Origin: Rhynchopus sp. YZ270_cl-10
Taxonomy: Eukaryota
Length of the DNA stretch: 64,000 nucleotides
Assembly: GCA_964035575.1 (NCBI GenBank)
Contig: OZ037847.1
Span: 496,001 to 560,000, forward strand
Reading direction: 5' to 3'
This document shows positions 37,986-51,000 of this stretch, one piece after another. The stretch's first letter is position 1, and every line of letters begins with the position of its first letter. The translations under genes and the position numbers were made by a program. A model generated the notes under the pieces. The model was not told the DNA's origin. It did no database searches and saw only the letters and a program-made list of their open reading frames with translations.

Positions 37986-40763
37986 TCATGCAGTGGTAAC
38001 AGACACGGAGCGATGGTCTCCTGTATGCTGCCTCTGCCGGAGTGTGTTGAGCTCTTCGAGGAGGGAGTCGATGGAGATGCGGAACCGTTCGATTTCGTTG
38101 TTCTTTGCTTGGATTATTAGGTCCATCTTTTGTTTTTGGACGTCGAGGTTGAAGGCTGCTACACGGCGTGCTTCGTCTAGGGAGCGTTTCATTTCGACGA
38201 TGCGCATGGAGTACTCGCTGTCGACGGCAGCCATCTTCCTCCGCACCGAGGCGATGTAGTCGACCCGCTGGGGCTGCGACATATTTGCCGTGCGGTTGTC
38301 GTTCTTCTCCTCCTCTGCAATGCGCGACAACGCCTTGACCTCCTCCCCATGGTGCCTTCTCTCATCATCCAACTCCGTCCTCCACCTCCCATTCACCGCA
38401 CCCACCTCCTCCACCCGCTCACGCCGCTCTTTCGCTAAGGTCTCCCGCAGTCGTGCCGCCTCAGCCTCCTGCATCCGCTTTGCCTTCTCCGTTACACAAA
38501 GCTCTGTTCTTGCTGACGCTAACTCTCTCTCTGCCGCGTCTGCCTGTTTTGTTGCCTCTCGTTCTTCTCTTTTGCTTGTTTCAACTTCGCCACGTAGTTT
38601 GCTAATTTCTCCAGTAAAATAGACCAATTCAGCGGCATTAGACCCTGAAGGGATTGCGATAGGTGCAATAGGGTATGCAGCTTGGTATGGCGGGGGTTGT
38701 GGCTGTTGGATGGGGTAGTGTGTGGGCTGAGGGAGGTCGTCGGTCTGCATGGAGGTTGTGCGGCGTGGGTGTTGCTGTTGTTGCACAGTGGGTTTGACGG
38801 CGGTGTGCTTCTTGGTGACTTTGCGGAGGTCGATGACCTGCGCCTCGAGCTCTTTCACCTTCTTCAGGTAGTACGCCCTGGTGTCCTCTACCTTGCGTTC
38901 CAGCTCTTTGATGCGCTGCGACGTAGCCGACTTCACCTTCATCTTGAACTCCTCCTTCAAAACGTTGTGCCGTTCTTTGTACTCGAGAAGCGTCTTGTCG
39001 GTTTCCTGGCGCAGCTCGCGGATCCCCTTCTCGTATTCCTCTTCGCGCTCAGAGAGTTCTTGGCTGAGGTGTGCGATGCGTTCGTGCATCGCACGGTACA
39101 TATCTACTTCGGTTTCCGTGGGCTTGCAGGCACGGATCAGCTCGGGAAGGCTGTTCGGGTATTTGCTGCGAATGATTTCTTCAAGACCTTTCACCTTCTG
39201 CTGCAGTTCTTGGATGTATCGGGATTTGTCGATGCGGGAGGCGCTGTTCCCGGTTGGCTTCTTATAATGCGTAGTGTCCAAGGCTACGACACGCGACTTG
39301 AGGGCTTCGATTTCGGTACCCTGCTTCTCCACGAGGGCGTCCTGTTTGGTCAGAATGTCTTGGTTCTTGATGTACCACTCCAGCTTGTCTTCTGCCTCGA
39401 AGAGGCGCTCCTCGAAAGCACTGCGCTGCTTCTTGAGCTCGAGGCGGAGGTTGCTGATTTCCACAGCGTCGTCGTCGGCGCGTTGCCAGTCGACGGCTTG
39501 GAGCTTGTCTTCTACAGTTTTCTTGCCTTTTCGGATGGAGTTGAGTTGTAATTCATGTTCTTCGTCTTTGATGCGGAGTTGGTCCTTGAGTCGTGCGTTT
39601 TCTCGGTGAAGGTCTTTGACAACGCGTGTTGCTTCGATGGCAGATGTGTTCGCAGAGTCGTTCTGTGACTGTGATGGAGACGGTGGAGAGGGCGACTTCT
39701 TCTGCATCGCAATCAGCTGCTTTTGCAGCTCTGTGACCTGCTGGCGGAGGGTTCGCACCTCGAGGGTGTTCTTCTCGTCTTCAAACTGGTACTGCTGGAT
39801 CAGCGCATCCTGGTGGGTGATCTCCTTGCGCAACTCAATCATATCGTTCATCGACACTGTCTCTAAGGCGCCTGTTGCAATCTCTCCACGTAGACTCCTG
39901 CCTTGTACCTTAGCTTGGAGAACCTCATTCTGGATCCGCAGCTGTTCATTTGTACTCGAAAGGCCTTCGTTTACCCGCTCGAGGTGATGCACCTTGTCGT
40001 GGAGTGGCTTCACTGCCTCAATCTTCTCGGCCTCCGCCGCAGCCCTCTCGGCGTCGAGTTGTGTTTCCAATACTTCAATTCGCGTCTTTTGCGCAGGACA
40101 TTCAGAGCACGGCAACACCACAGGAACCTCTTTTATAACAGGAGGAGCGATTTGGGCAGGCTGTCTCGCAACTTGCTGCATAAGAGGTGAATACTGTGAT
40201 TGCGTATAATCCGAAATCGAGGGAAGCGAGCTCATTGGGTCATCCTTAGACATCGACGACGACGACGTCACAGCACTCCCCGGCACACCACCACCTTGCA
40301 CATCTGTCTGTCTTGGAGAAGAGTCCTCCGCGACGTCCCCCTCCTCCTCTTCCTTACGACGCTCTTCCCGTCTGACGCGTTGTTCCTCGATAAGACGTGC
40401 CTTGCGGTCTTCTGCGTTTTTCTTGTCTTGTGCACGTCGTGCCTCCCTCTCGGCAGCGCGTCGGTCTGATGCCTCTTCCTCCATGCGCAGTGCTGCAAGA
40501 AGTCCAGCAGAGTTCGACCCTGCAGCCGTCTCTGTGTTGCGTGGCGACCCGTACGGCTGCCCGATGTCGTTCTCCCCATCTCCCAAGGTGCTGCTGCTGC
40601 GACGCAAAGGGATATTGCTCACATCAAGGCTAGGTGTCGACCCAGGACTCCGTGTGGTAGGTTCCCTCCTGTTTGCGCGAGGACTCTGCGATGATGAAGG
40701 TCGACCTAGAATGCGTGCAAGGTCGGTGTCTCCGACACCACCAAACCCGCTATCATTGGGCAT
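37986..40763 (-). CDS. CEP162: CEP162 (QN1)-like centriole/transition-zone coiled-coil protein
   Basis: KLEWYIKNQDIL, IIRSKYPNSLPELIRA and C-terminal KNNEIERFRISIDSLLEEL match recalled CEP162 conserved blocks; first good ATG at 40763. Confidence 0.8.
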   Translation of the reverse strand: MPNDSGFGGVGDTDLARILGRPSSSQSPRANRREPTTRSPGSTPSLDVSNIPLRRSSSTLGDGENDIGQPYGSPRNTETAAGSNSAGLLAALRMEEEASDRRAAEREARRAQDKKNAEDRKARLIEEQRVRREERRKEEEEGDVAEDSSPRQTDVQGGGVPGSAVTSSSSMSKDDPMSSLPSISDYTQSQYSPLMQQVARQPAQIAPPVIKEVPVVLPCSECPAQKTRIEVLETQLDAERAAAEAEKIEAVKPLHDKVHHLERVNEGLSSTNEQLRIQNEVLQAKVQGRSLRGEIATGALETVSMNDMIELRKEITHQDALIQQYQFEDEKNTLEVRTLRQQVTELQKQLIAMQKKSPSPPSPSQSQNDSANTSAIEATRVVKDLHRENARLKDQLRIKDEEHELQLNSIRKGKKTVEDKLQAVDWQRADDDAVEISNLRLELKKQRSAFEERLFEAEDKLEWYIKNQDILTKQDALVEKQGTEIEALKSRVVALDTTHYKKPTGNSASRIDKSRYIQELQQKVKGLEEIIRSKYPNSLPELIRACKPTETEVDMYRAMHERIAHLSQELSEREEEYEKGIRELRQETDKTLLEYKERHNVLKEEFKMKVKSATSQRIKELERKVEDTRAYYLKKVKELEAQVIDLRKVTKKHTAVKPTVQQQQHPRRTTSMQTDDLPQPTHYPIQQPQPPPYQAAYPIAPIAIPSGSNAAELVYFTGEISKLRGEVETSKREEREATKQADAAERELASARTELCVTEKAKRMQEAEAARLRETLAKERRERVEEVGAVNGRWRTELDDERRHHGEEVKALSRIAEEEKNDNRTANMSQPQRVDYIASVRRKMAAVDSEYSMRIVEMKRSLDEARRVAAFNLDVQKQKMDLIIQAKNNEIERFRISIDSLLEELNTLRQRQHTGDHRSVSVTTA

Positions 40764-41109
40764 GTTTCTGGTGTGGTAGGGTAGGGTGGGGTGGTGGTGG
40801 TGGAGGAGTAAAAGGATGTGGATGGTGGAGGTGGGGGAGGTGGAGGTGGAGGGGGGGTTTTCTGTTGCCCTCGATCCGTAGTCCGTGTTGTTGACCCGAT
40901 TTGCTTTTTTGTTTGCTTTTTTTTTTGGTTGTTGATGAAACACATAAGCTGTAGTATGGTGCCCCCAGCAGCAGCCCAAGAAGGCTAAAAAGGGTCCGCC
41001 GCTGGAAAAGACCTCTGTGTTTGTTTTGTTTTGTTTATGCAAAAAAGGACGGATTCTCGTTTTTTAAAGGCAGTTTCTGTCTGTGTCGAGGGCTGCGTAC
41101 ATCATGAGT

Positions 41110-41541
41110 CTATGAACGGGGCTTCTCCTTCTTCTCACGGTACAGAGCGAAGAGACCAACTCCCGACACCTTGCTGATCTTGAAACGAACTCCGGGAATG
41201 TCACCGACAGCGTGGCCGGAACGACCGAGACCCGCGACCAGCACCTCGTCGTTCTCCTCGATGAAGTGAAGGCAACCGTCGTTGGGGACGAAGGCGAGGA
41301 TCTTCTTTCCGTTCTTGATCAGCTGCACACGCACGCACTTACGGATGGCAGAGTTAGGCTGCTTGGCCTCAACTCCGATCTTCTCCAGCACGATTCCCTT
41401 AACGTGGGAAGATCCTCCGAACACGTTCGCCTTGATCGACACGGACAAATGCGCCTTCTTCCAGTCCTTGTCGGCCCACTTCTGGGTCCTGCGGCGCGTC
41501 TTCAGCTTACGCGCGGTGTTGATACCACGTGGCTTTCCCAT
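41110..41541 (-). CDS. RPS23: 40S ribosomal protein S23 (uS12), copy 2
   Basis: Protein identical to copy 1. Confidence 0.98.
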   Translation of the reverse strand: MGKPRGINTARKLKTRRRTQKWADKDWKKAHLSVSIKANVFGGSSHVKGIVLEKIGVEAKQPNSAIRKCVRVQLIKNGKKILAFVPNDGCLHFIEENDEVLVAGLGRSGHAVGDIPGVRFKISKVSGVGLFALYREKKEKPRS

Positions 41542-42040
41542 TTTATTACTTCACAAAAAAATCTGTATTGGGGTGGTTTGTGGGAGTGGGAGGACACAAC
41601 ATGAGGTGCTAACATCACTTGCTTGGCTTCAAGGTTTGACTTGAAATACAAAGCCTCTCGTGACTGCACAAAGGCAGTTCACAACACAACAACAGATGCT
41701 AGGCCGAAACAGCCCGGTCTGTCTCAGAACATTCATGAAGACAGCAACACGGAAGCAAACCTCCAGGAACAAGTTATCCCCATGCTCTCTACGTTGTGAC
41801 TTCTGCGCCTCTGATGCAAGCAAACAACATTGCTGCAGTGACACCCACAGACGAGCGAGCATGGCGACAGCAGAGGGGGTTGAGTATGGGGTGGATAAAA
41901 AAGGGGAGGGGGTGGTGGGATCGTTTGGATTTTTTTTCGAACTACGGAGAACACTTGTGCATGTCTACGATAGACAACACAAGAGCCCCGCATCCCATGA
42001 TACCTACTTTCCCATTCAAACCAAGCCTAAGGCAAGACGT

Positions 42041-42472
42041 CTATGAACGGGGCTTCTCCTTCTTCTCACGGTACAGAGCGAAGAGACCAACTCCCGACAC
42101 CTTGCTGATCTTGAAACGCACTCCGGGAATGTCACCGACAGCGTGGCCGGAACGACCGAGACCCGCAACCAGCACCTCGTCGTTCTCCTCGATGAAGTGA
42201 AGGCAACCGTCGTTGGGGACGAAGGCGAGGATCTTCTTTCCGTTCTTGATCAGCTGCACACGCACGCACTTACGGATGGCAGAGTTAGGCTGCTTGGCCT
42301 CAACTCCGATCTTCTCCAGCACGATTCCCTTAACGTGGGAAGATCCTCCGAACACGTTCGCCTTGATCGACACGGACAAATGCGCCTTCTTCCAGTCCTT
42401 GTCGGCCCACTTCTGGGTCCTGCGGCGCGTCTTCAGCTTACGCGCGGTGTTGATACCACGTGGCTTTCCCAT
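42041..42472 (-). CDS. RPS23: 40S ribosomal protein S23 (uS12), copy 3
   Basis: Protein identical to copy 1 from the ATG at 42472. Confidence 0.98.
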   Translation of the reverse strand: MGKPRGINTARKLKTRRRTQKWADKDWKKAHLSVSIKANVFGGSSHVKGIVLEKIGVEAKQPNSAIRKCVRVQLIKNGKKILAFVPNDGCLHFIEENDEVLVAGLGRSGHAVGDIPGVRFKISKVSGVGLFALYREKKEKPRS

Positions 42473-43031
42473 TTTGTATGAGTCCCTGTTTGGGTATCTG
42501 TGAGATATGAGGGGGGAGGAGAGGGGAGGGCCAACGCCATGCACGCCACAGCGGAAAGCCCGCGATGTGAACAGGAGTCCGGAGAGTCGCCGTACCACCT
42601 AAGTGCACGGAAACGGGAAATGCACAGTAACCATCAGGGAAAGGTCTATATGAAAAATTCAAAAGGGGCGGGAGGGGTGAGGGTGTCGTGTTTCCTTACT
42701 TGTCAGGATCGCCCAAAACCCCATGTGAAGCAGAATGTTGGGTCTGCTCAATATCAGCACCACTGTCTTGTTGTAGACGCCAGTCTTCCAGTGGTCGATG
42801 TCACTGTCTTCCATACGTTTCCTGTTTATTGATCCTTGTCGCTGCCTTGTTGGCACTGTGTGTGGCTATTATCAACCTACAAACTCTTTTCCTTGCGATA
42901 CGTACATTGTTTACCACTCGAGGGTTAGGTGGAGTGGACCACAGTTCTGATGACTGCGTTCATCCTGCGTGCCTAGCGTTGCTTAGCGGCGGGCAGTCCC
43001 CTTCCAGAGAGGAGAACAATGCCAAAGACGT

Positions 43032-43463
43032 CTATGAACGGGGCTTCTCCTTCTTCTCACGGTACAGAGCGAAGAGACCAACTCCCGACACCTTGCTGAT
43101 CTTGAAACGCACTCCGGGAATGTCACCGACAGCGTGGCCGGAACGACCGAGACCCGCAACCAGCACCTCGTCGTTCTCCTCGATGAAGTGAAGGCAACCG
43201 TCGTTGGGGACGAAGGCGAGGATCTTCTTTCCGTTCTTGATCAGCTGCACACGCACGCACTTACGGATGGCGGAGTTCGGCTGCTTGGCCTCAACTCCGA
43301 TCTTCTCCAGCACGATTCCCTTAACGTGGGAAGATCCTCCGAACACGTTCGCCTTGATCGACACGGACAAATGCGCCTTCTTCCAGTCCTTGTCGGCCCA
43401 CTTCTGGGTCCTGCGGCGCGTCTTCAGCTTACGCGCGGTGTTGATACCACGTGGCTTTCCCAT
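43032..43463 (-). CDS. RPS23: 40S ribosomal protein S23 (uS12), copy 4
   Basis: Protein identical to copy 1. Confidence 0.98.
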   Translation of the reverse strand: MGKPRGINTARKLKTRRRTQKWADKDWKKAHLSVSIKANVFGGSSHVKGIVLEKIGVEAKQPNSAIRKCVRVQLIKNGKKILAFVPNDGCLHFIEENDEVLVAGLGRSGHAVGDIPGVRFKISKVSGVGLFALYREKKEKPRS

Positions 43464-44067
43464 TTTAAATTATTCTCTGTGGTGGGTAGATGTGGCTGGG
43501 ATTTGGGGCATGGTATCAAGATACAAAGAAAGGCTGACGAGGTAACAAAATACTCAGGAACGCTTTCCCCCCTCTCTCTCTGAATCAATTGCACAATACA
43601 TGCAGCACATTGCACACACCAGGCAAGGGCATGTACCCCTATCACCGTTGCAACACCCCCCCACCCTCCCCCCCTCCCTGCACCCTTGGATCTGTATTTT
43701 CTGCTATTCTTGAGCCGGTCTCTCCGCCAGCTATGGTACATAAAAAGTAAGAAAAACGTCATAAGAGGTGTGCCTGCTGAACATGCACACATCTTACTAA
43801 GAAACAACATCTTGAACGGGAGCACACACAGCCCAATTCTGCGCATATCTTTCAACAGGAAGCAAAGGAGACAAGCACAGGTGGGAAAAGATATCTTTAC
43901 AGAGCCAGGAATAAAATGGAAGAAGAAAACACACACAGAGGACTGAGGTGAGGGGAGGGTGGTTCTGGCATTCTGTAGGTCGATGCGACTATATTTTTTT
44001 GTGAACCTCAGTTGCGCACTGTACGAAACCTGTACACCGCGAAACGGATGATACTTGATACATCACA

Positions 44068-44155
44068 AAAGTTGACTTGAAATACAAAGCCCTCTCGTGA
44101 CTGTGTACCTTGGTGACCGGCTGTACCGGGGTGTACACCCAACCATGCAGTCCTA
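44068..44155 (-). repeat. Dispersed element B, copy (truncated)
   Basis: AAGTTGACTTGAAATACAAAGCCCTCTCGTGAC...CCAACCATGCAGTCCTA. Confidence 0.85.
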
Positions 44156-44873
44156 AAAAAATATGCCGCTGATAACAAAAACATTCCACACCGTGTCGGG
44201 AATAGGGATACGATTTGTGCACAACACATTCGGCTGACTGCATCCTGCAGCCGTATGTCAGAATTTATGCAGATACGTCTCTTCTTAACGCTCTGCTACA
44301 ATAAAAGAATTTGAAAGACGAATGTGCACCTCGTACACACACAGCTTAATCAAAAGTGGCGCCTTTTCACGAGGATTTGCAAAGCCCACTAATGCCCAAT
44401 TATCTCAAAATAAAAAAACCACAAAAAAACAAAATAAAATACAGAAAGAGCTGGGAAAACGCTTCACCGATGTGGCGTACTTTTGAAAGAAGTGGCTGCC
44501 AACCTTTTTTTCTCGAGGTTTGCTCTGGAGGGGGGAGAACGATGAATGTGCCTCGTGCACCTACATCTAATAAAAAAAGCGTCGGTACACCGTTTGCTAG
44601 CTGAAAAAACTGTGATTCTCTCTACGGCAAAAAGTCAGAAGTGAGGAAAGCTATTTCCTAAGATTTAAACACACACCCCCTCCCACACCCCTGTTCCCCA
44701 CAAAGCGCACGACAGAAACAAAAAACCTAAAAACAAATATTTTGAAAGACGAACGGGAGCCCCACAACACAACAACACACAAAAAACACTGCGCTTTTCT
44801 GGGAATTTTACACACGTACAAATTAAAAAAAAACAATCACACGGATCCTTTCCCCCCTCCCCAACCCCCGAAT

Positions 44874-46602
44874 CTACTTCACCCCTAGGAGAACATCGAG
44901 TGGGGTTTGGGATGGTTTGCGGTCGCGGACGAAGGGGATCGAGTAGTTGGGGACTTTGTAGCACACGACGTCACGGTCGAGCACTAACTGCATGCAGAGA
45001 CGGAAGCAGTCCTTGACACCGACGCCTGTGAAGGGGAAGGCTTCCGTCACCGCCGCAACACGAGGGTGTGCCGAGGCAAACCTCGAAATCCCGTCCATCT
45101 GCGGCGCATCACAGAACGACACCCTCCTCGAGAGCGCCTCCGGCTTCGGCACATCCAAGGACCCCGCAGCCGCCTGCTCGCTCTCAGGCAGCTTCACCAC
45201 GCAAACAATGAACACCGTATCTGCAGTGCAGTGCGGCGCACAGTCGGTCACCTGCTTGTGTATGCGTGCCTTGATTTGCTCATCCGTCAGTTCTTTATCA
45301 TTTGCAGGGTCTCGTGTATTGACGCAAACCAGAACACACTGCGCCCCCGAGAGGTAGACAGGAAGCAACGATTTGTACCGCTCTGCGCCTCCGGTGTCGA
45401 TGAGCTCCATGTAGGAGTAGGCGATCTGGACGGGGTCGAAGCGGGCGCTGCATTGCCCGATGGGTTGCACGGCATAGCCCTTCAAGCGGACACGCCCTCC
45501 GGTTGTCTCAAAGCCGCAAGGAAACGGCGCTCCGGACACAAAGCTGTTCACCAATGCACTCTTCCCGACACCCGCCGCACCGACAACCGCAATCTTCATT
45601 TTGTTGTTCAGAATGTCGAGAAGGCGTTTTTTGAGCAGCTTGAAGCGCTGTAGTGTGGTGTATTGATAATCTGTTGCTTTTCTTTTTGCATACCTTTCGC
45701 CGCTTCCGTTCCAATGACACAGAATACGCCTGGTATATCGACATACAATGCCCCAGCTCTGAAGCAGTCAACGGAACGTACCCTTTCTCCTTTTCTTGCT
45801 CGAACCCTCCATTTGAGACTGCTGGCGAGCCTGTACGCGAGCCCCCTGGGGATGCTGCGTTACTGAGCTTGCGTGTATCGCTTGAGGGGGAACGGCGTTT
45901 TGGTGTATCCCCTGTCGGGCTTTGATGTGGCGACGATGAATTTGCTGATGCAGTGTCTCCTTTCGGGTACGACACCGGCTGGCCCTCCTTCCCAATCACC
46001 ACATACTTTGTGAAGAGGTTCAGACCGTTCCACACTGAGTTTTCTCTGCACTTAAAATAGAGCCCCCTGCACGACCTGCCTAATGTACCGAGCATCTCCG
46101 ATATCGTCAGGAAGGCCATGATGCAGCGCAGTTCTGCGTCACGGCAGCGTTTGAAAGAACTGCCGCGGAGGGTGTTTGCGACCTGCTCACCCATGATGCG
46201 TTCACGGTGTGTTTTGATGACCGGTTGTTGGTAGTCTGCGAAGCAGTTGTCGCAGGCGCGGATGTCATAGTTAACGGATGAATCTCGCTGTTGGATGACC
46301 AGCTTCTTAGTAGAGCAAGCATGGCAAAAGATTTGCCCGCAAATCCGGCAGTGATGCTTTCTCACCACAAAGGTAAACTTCTCTTCACACCCAACGCAAA
46401 CAGAGACATCAGAGTCTCGCGTCCACTGCCGAGGATGCACACAACGCGGCTCTGTCTTAAAATTTCCTACCGTCGCAAACCCAGGGTACACCTGCAGCTC
46501 CAAAGGCGTGACCTCTGCAGACGCAGTCAACCCCATCTGGGGGGCAGCCCCAGTGGGGGTGCCCTGCGACACCGATCGATTAGATGCATTTGGAGTTGAC
46601 AT
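44874..46602 (-). CDS. FYVE zinc finger + F-box-like + Ras/Rab-like GTPase fusion protein; intron 45648-45693
   Basis: WTRD...CVGC...RKHHCRICG...CHAC...RACDNC (FYVE); DAELRCIMAFL...LGRSCR...W (F-box-like); GAAGVGKS and DTGG (G1/G3). A 46-nt GTATGC...TACAG intron joins the two ORFs in frame (560 aa). Confidence 0.82.
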
Positions 46603-48035
46603 TTTATTAGAGGGAGGGGGGGTTTGGGAGGGGGAGAGAGGTTGCCCCCCTCTCCTGCAATGGGTTTTTGTGAAGGGTGGAGGAAAGAGTAATTGAAACG
46701 TGCTAAAATGCATCTCAGTCGAGCTCATGCAAAAGGTAGGATGTTTCGTTTCAACTATCCCGTGGGGGTGTTCCGGAAGGAAAGGTGTGGATGGAGGTGT
46801 TGATATTGATGTGATACACCTGATTTTGGCTTGGTAGCAACATTCCACCCAACACCACCAAACCTAGGTCAAAATTAGATGGGTGGTGAAAAAATAATCG
46901 CTTTTTTTTTCTGAACGGTTTACTTTTTTCGTCTCGGACAAAAAAATGGAGGGGGCGCGGATAAATTTTTTTTTACAAAAGATACAATTTGACACCGAGG
47001 GGAGGGGGTGTGGTGAGTCCCTGTGGACTGCGAGGAGGAGGGGTGTCTTTTTTTTTAAAAAGTGAATTTGAAAGAACGTGCTAAACGCCTCGGCGGCCGA
47101 AGACATCGCTTTTTTAAAAGGTTTTTGGGAGAGGGATTTTACTTTAAAACAGGAAAGTTTTGTGAAAGATGAAACTAAACCACATGATTTAGCCACCTTT
47201 AAAAAAAAAGAGCACAAAAAAAGAAAAAATAAAGAAAAAATAAACAGGGAATGAATATTACATTAATGCGTCCTATTTGCGCTGTATCGCCCCCGATCCC
47301 TACCCTCAAAACACTTCAGTTCGTTCGTGACAGGGGGAAAAAAAAGGGTTAAAAGATGAACGTAAGCCTCGTGGCCATGCTCGGCACATATTTTAAAAAA
47401 AATCGTTTTGTGGTAACGTTTTTCACTCACTCCCCTGTATGCAAAAAAAACAATTGTCTCTGTGGTCGCAATTATTTTGTACAGCATTTCCTTCGAAAGA
47501 GCGAAGCGAAATGATGCAACAAAAGCAAAGGAGTTGAAAGAAGTGCGAACACCTCACTCACACCGGCAGACTGAAAGCGCACTAAAAGAATATTCCGACA
47601 TCATCTGTACAGCAACTTGGGTTCTCCGCGGGAGGGTTGGGGGGGGGGGTATGGTTATTGAAACCCGCAAAAGAAGAGTTAATAAACAGGATAATGGGCC
47701 GCTCATTTGCGTATCCTCTTTCACAAAGAAAAGCTGTCAGATGAAATATGACTCACGTTCATACACATCTAACAACGTGCAGCTTTACCAATCCCAAAAC
47801 AAAAATAAAATAAAACTGAAGACACACACACTCAGATCTAAGGCAGTCAGAATTTCGCGATGACATCATAAAAGTACCACTACTGTTCCTTTATTGCCAG
47901 GAATTTTTCACTACTACTGCTTCCCAGACATAGAACCCTTCACCGTGCAATCACAAGAGAAGTTGAAGGTGCAAACGCCAGAGCAACACAATGCAAATCT
48001 TTTTTAAAGCCCCACACTCGACAGCAAAAACGACC

Positions 48036-51000
48036 TCACATCCAGGCCACATCAATCTCATCTGGGTGTGTCGTCAGAGGCGAGGTAGTGTTCCCTGATG
48101 GGAGCGGGGCCGAAGGTGGGGGCGCACCGCCAAGCTCTTCGGAGTTTGTATCAATGCCGTCTTCCGATCCACGGAGGGACACATAGATGTGGATCTCTGG
48201 GTTGCGTGAGTGGCGGTCCGCTGGACGGACGAAGGTGAGCTGCAGGTTCTCTCGGACATCTTCCAGGATACGCACCACTTCGTTAAGCGTTGTTACATGC
48301 GCAGTTCCGACCTGCACCAGGACATCACCCCGTTTTAAATCCCGCGCGCCACCAGGGTCTTGCACAGCAACGTGCGTGAGGTAGCCACCTGCACCGACGC
48401 CAAGAGACACCTCATGCAATGTGGTTCCTGTTGGGAGTGTGCAGACCTCGGTACCGACCTGTCTGCTTGCCTGCGATGCGTTCGGTGTACGCTGGTCCCT
48501 CGCCCGGTGGCGTCTGTCCAGCTCTTGATAGGATGTGGTCGCCACCCGCAGCTCGTCGCGCAGTGTGGTGTTCTGCTCCGCCTCAGCTCGTAAGCCCCGC
48601 AGCTCCCTCTCTAAACGCCGTTTTGAGTCTTCCAAACGACGGCAATGCTCACGCGACTCCCGCAGCGACGATGCCGTCTCATTCACCTCATGCTTCCAGG
48701 TAGACTGAATCGCAGTCGCCTCCTCCCGCATCGCCTTGAGCTCATGCTCCAGACGCTGCCTGTCACGCGCAGTGTGGTCACGTTTGCTTAGCTCCTCCTG
48801 CAGACGCCGCCTTTCTGTGTTGCTTTGGTCTTGCTCATCACGCATCATTGCGGCTTCACTGTTGGACGCACGAAGCTGCCCCTCCAGCTGCCGGACCTGC
48901 TGCCTCATGAAGACCTCCCCCTGTGTCTCCTGGGTGACGTGGTGGCGGTCGTTCAACTCACCTTCCAAATGCCGTCTGATGTTCTCCGACGACTCAAGCT
49001 TCTGCTGCAACGTCTGCACCTCACCCCTACTCTGCCTTGCCCCCGCCCCCTTCGCCTTAAAATAAAGGTTGAGGAGGAGAGCACGGTACCGCACTGCGGC
49101 GTGGCGATACCGATTCATTGCTTGCAGGATGATAGACGTGGCACGACGCATTCTGGTATGCCGTTGCGCGAGGTAGGTGGTCGGGGTCAACGCACCACCT
49201 CCCTCCACAAAGGAGTTGAAGTCTCGCTCATCCTCTTCATCCAGCACTACCCCCCCTCGGTGGAAGTCCATAATCCGCTCCCTCAACACTGCGTTCTCCT
49301 GCTCTAAGGCACGTCGTCTACGAGCGTCCTGCGGCATCGTGGGTGGAGGTGAATAATACTCTTGCGACATCTCCCGCGCAATCGTCTCCTTCGAAGGGGA
49401 CCGCATCTCCCGTTGGTAACCCGCTCTGTCATATCGGTGGGAACGCTGTTCACGGGAAGGGTATGCAGAGTAGTAAGGCTGGTCGCGCTTCAGGATGTAG
49501 TCCTTCGCAGGTCTACTGCTGCTACTGCTGCTGTAGTACTGTGGTGGTTGTTGATGTTGTGAGCGGGGTGGGTAGTCGTCACGCTCCCTTTCGATTGGAG
49601 GTTCATAAGAACGTCGCCCCGCATTCGCCCGGCGCTCCTCTTCGTCGGGTGTTTCGACCAAGATGAAGCCGCCTCGGACAGATCCCCCGCCCACCTTCTT
49701 GCCATGCCTCTCCTGTGGTTGTAAAGGAACCCTCTCCCTCGAAGCAGAGCGTGGAGAAGGAGACCTCGAAGGCTTATTCGAAATCTGTTTATGATACACA
49801 AAAAACGCTGGAGGATGCGCCCCGCGTGGTGGGGGTGGGGATCCGTCTGATGCTTGCGTATCAGGCTTTTCATAATCATATTCGCGAGGACGGCGCGAAG
49901 GAGAACCCTGCGAATGGGGGCTACGACTCCGAGAGTGGGTGTGTGGCGCACGCTTTTCTTCAACCCGAAGTACAGCGTCCTTCCCCACCCGATTTCTCTG
50001 CCTCGAATTCCTTTCATGCCTGGAACGTCCATAATACACTTCGTCTCCAGTATAGGTATACGACTCTTCTGGTTTTGACACCTCTTTCTCTTTCTGTATC
50101 TCCATAAACACTAAAGACTGCTCTGATATGTTAAACTGCCGCTTTTTTTTAGATGAAGACGACGATGACGACGAAGAAGATGAAGATGAAGAAGAAGAAG
50201 AAGATGAAGACGACCTCTTCTTTGAAGATTTTCGCGACATATTCGGCTGTGTCGTATCCAAACTGACAACCACACCAAGGGAGGACGACGAAGATGATGA
50301 AGACGACGAAGACGATGACGAGGTTTTCTTCTTCTTCTTCTTCTTTTTCTTCGTTTCCACATTCGTCATAGTAACCGGGTCGTACAAAGGCAGAGATGAG
50401 CACGTAGAGGACATCATCGTCGAACCCCCAAACCCTGTTGAATACCGGAAATTCCCAGGCGACGCGGTTCTCGTGGTGCTTCTCGGTTCTAACGCAGCTT
50501 CAGAGGGAGAACGTTCATTTCGAAGAAGCGGCTGGGGACGTCCCTTCTCAGAGAGATTCTGCTTCGGCACCGGATGGGTTGAAGAGGAGGAGGAGTGCAG
50601 ACTGCCCTCCCTCCTCCTCTTTGTTGAGGAAGAGGAGGAGCGGAGGCTCTTCTTTTTCTTCTCCTTCTTCTTCTTCTCCTTTTTATCTTTTTTCTCCTTC
50701 TTCTCCTTCATTTCACTGTACACATGGCTAGATTCATATGTAGTATCTTGCGGGCAACTTCTTGAAGACGACGATGAAGACGATGATGAAGACGAAGAGG
50801 AGGAGGAGGAGGAAGATGAAGAAGAAGACGACGGCGACCGTTTATTTTGCGCACGCAACACCCCTTCCTCCCGCACCGCCTCTGCCTCCAGCTGGTTGAA
50901 GTGATCCACAAGCTGCGACCGTGATTTCCCAGACACCTTATCTTTCCCCTTCCCTTTCGCAGGTTGCATGACTTCGTTCCTCCGGTGATCGGATTGATGT

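Noticed and set aside
41069..41082. CAGTTTCTGT resembling the spliced-leader core
   Set aside because: The match is only 10 nt and lacks the following ACT..ATTG/GTATG; not an SL RNA gene.
42947..42990. CTGATGA as hammerhead core or snoRNA C box (also at 62704)
   Set aside because: No stem II followed by GAAA, and no convincing D box with terminal stem.
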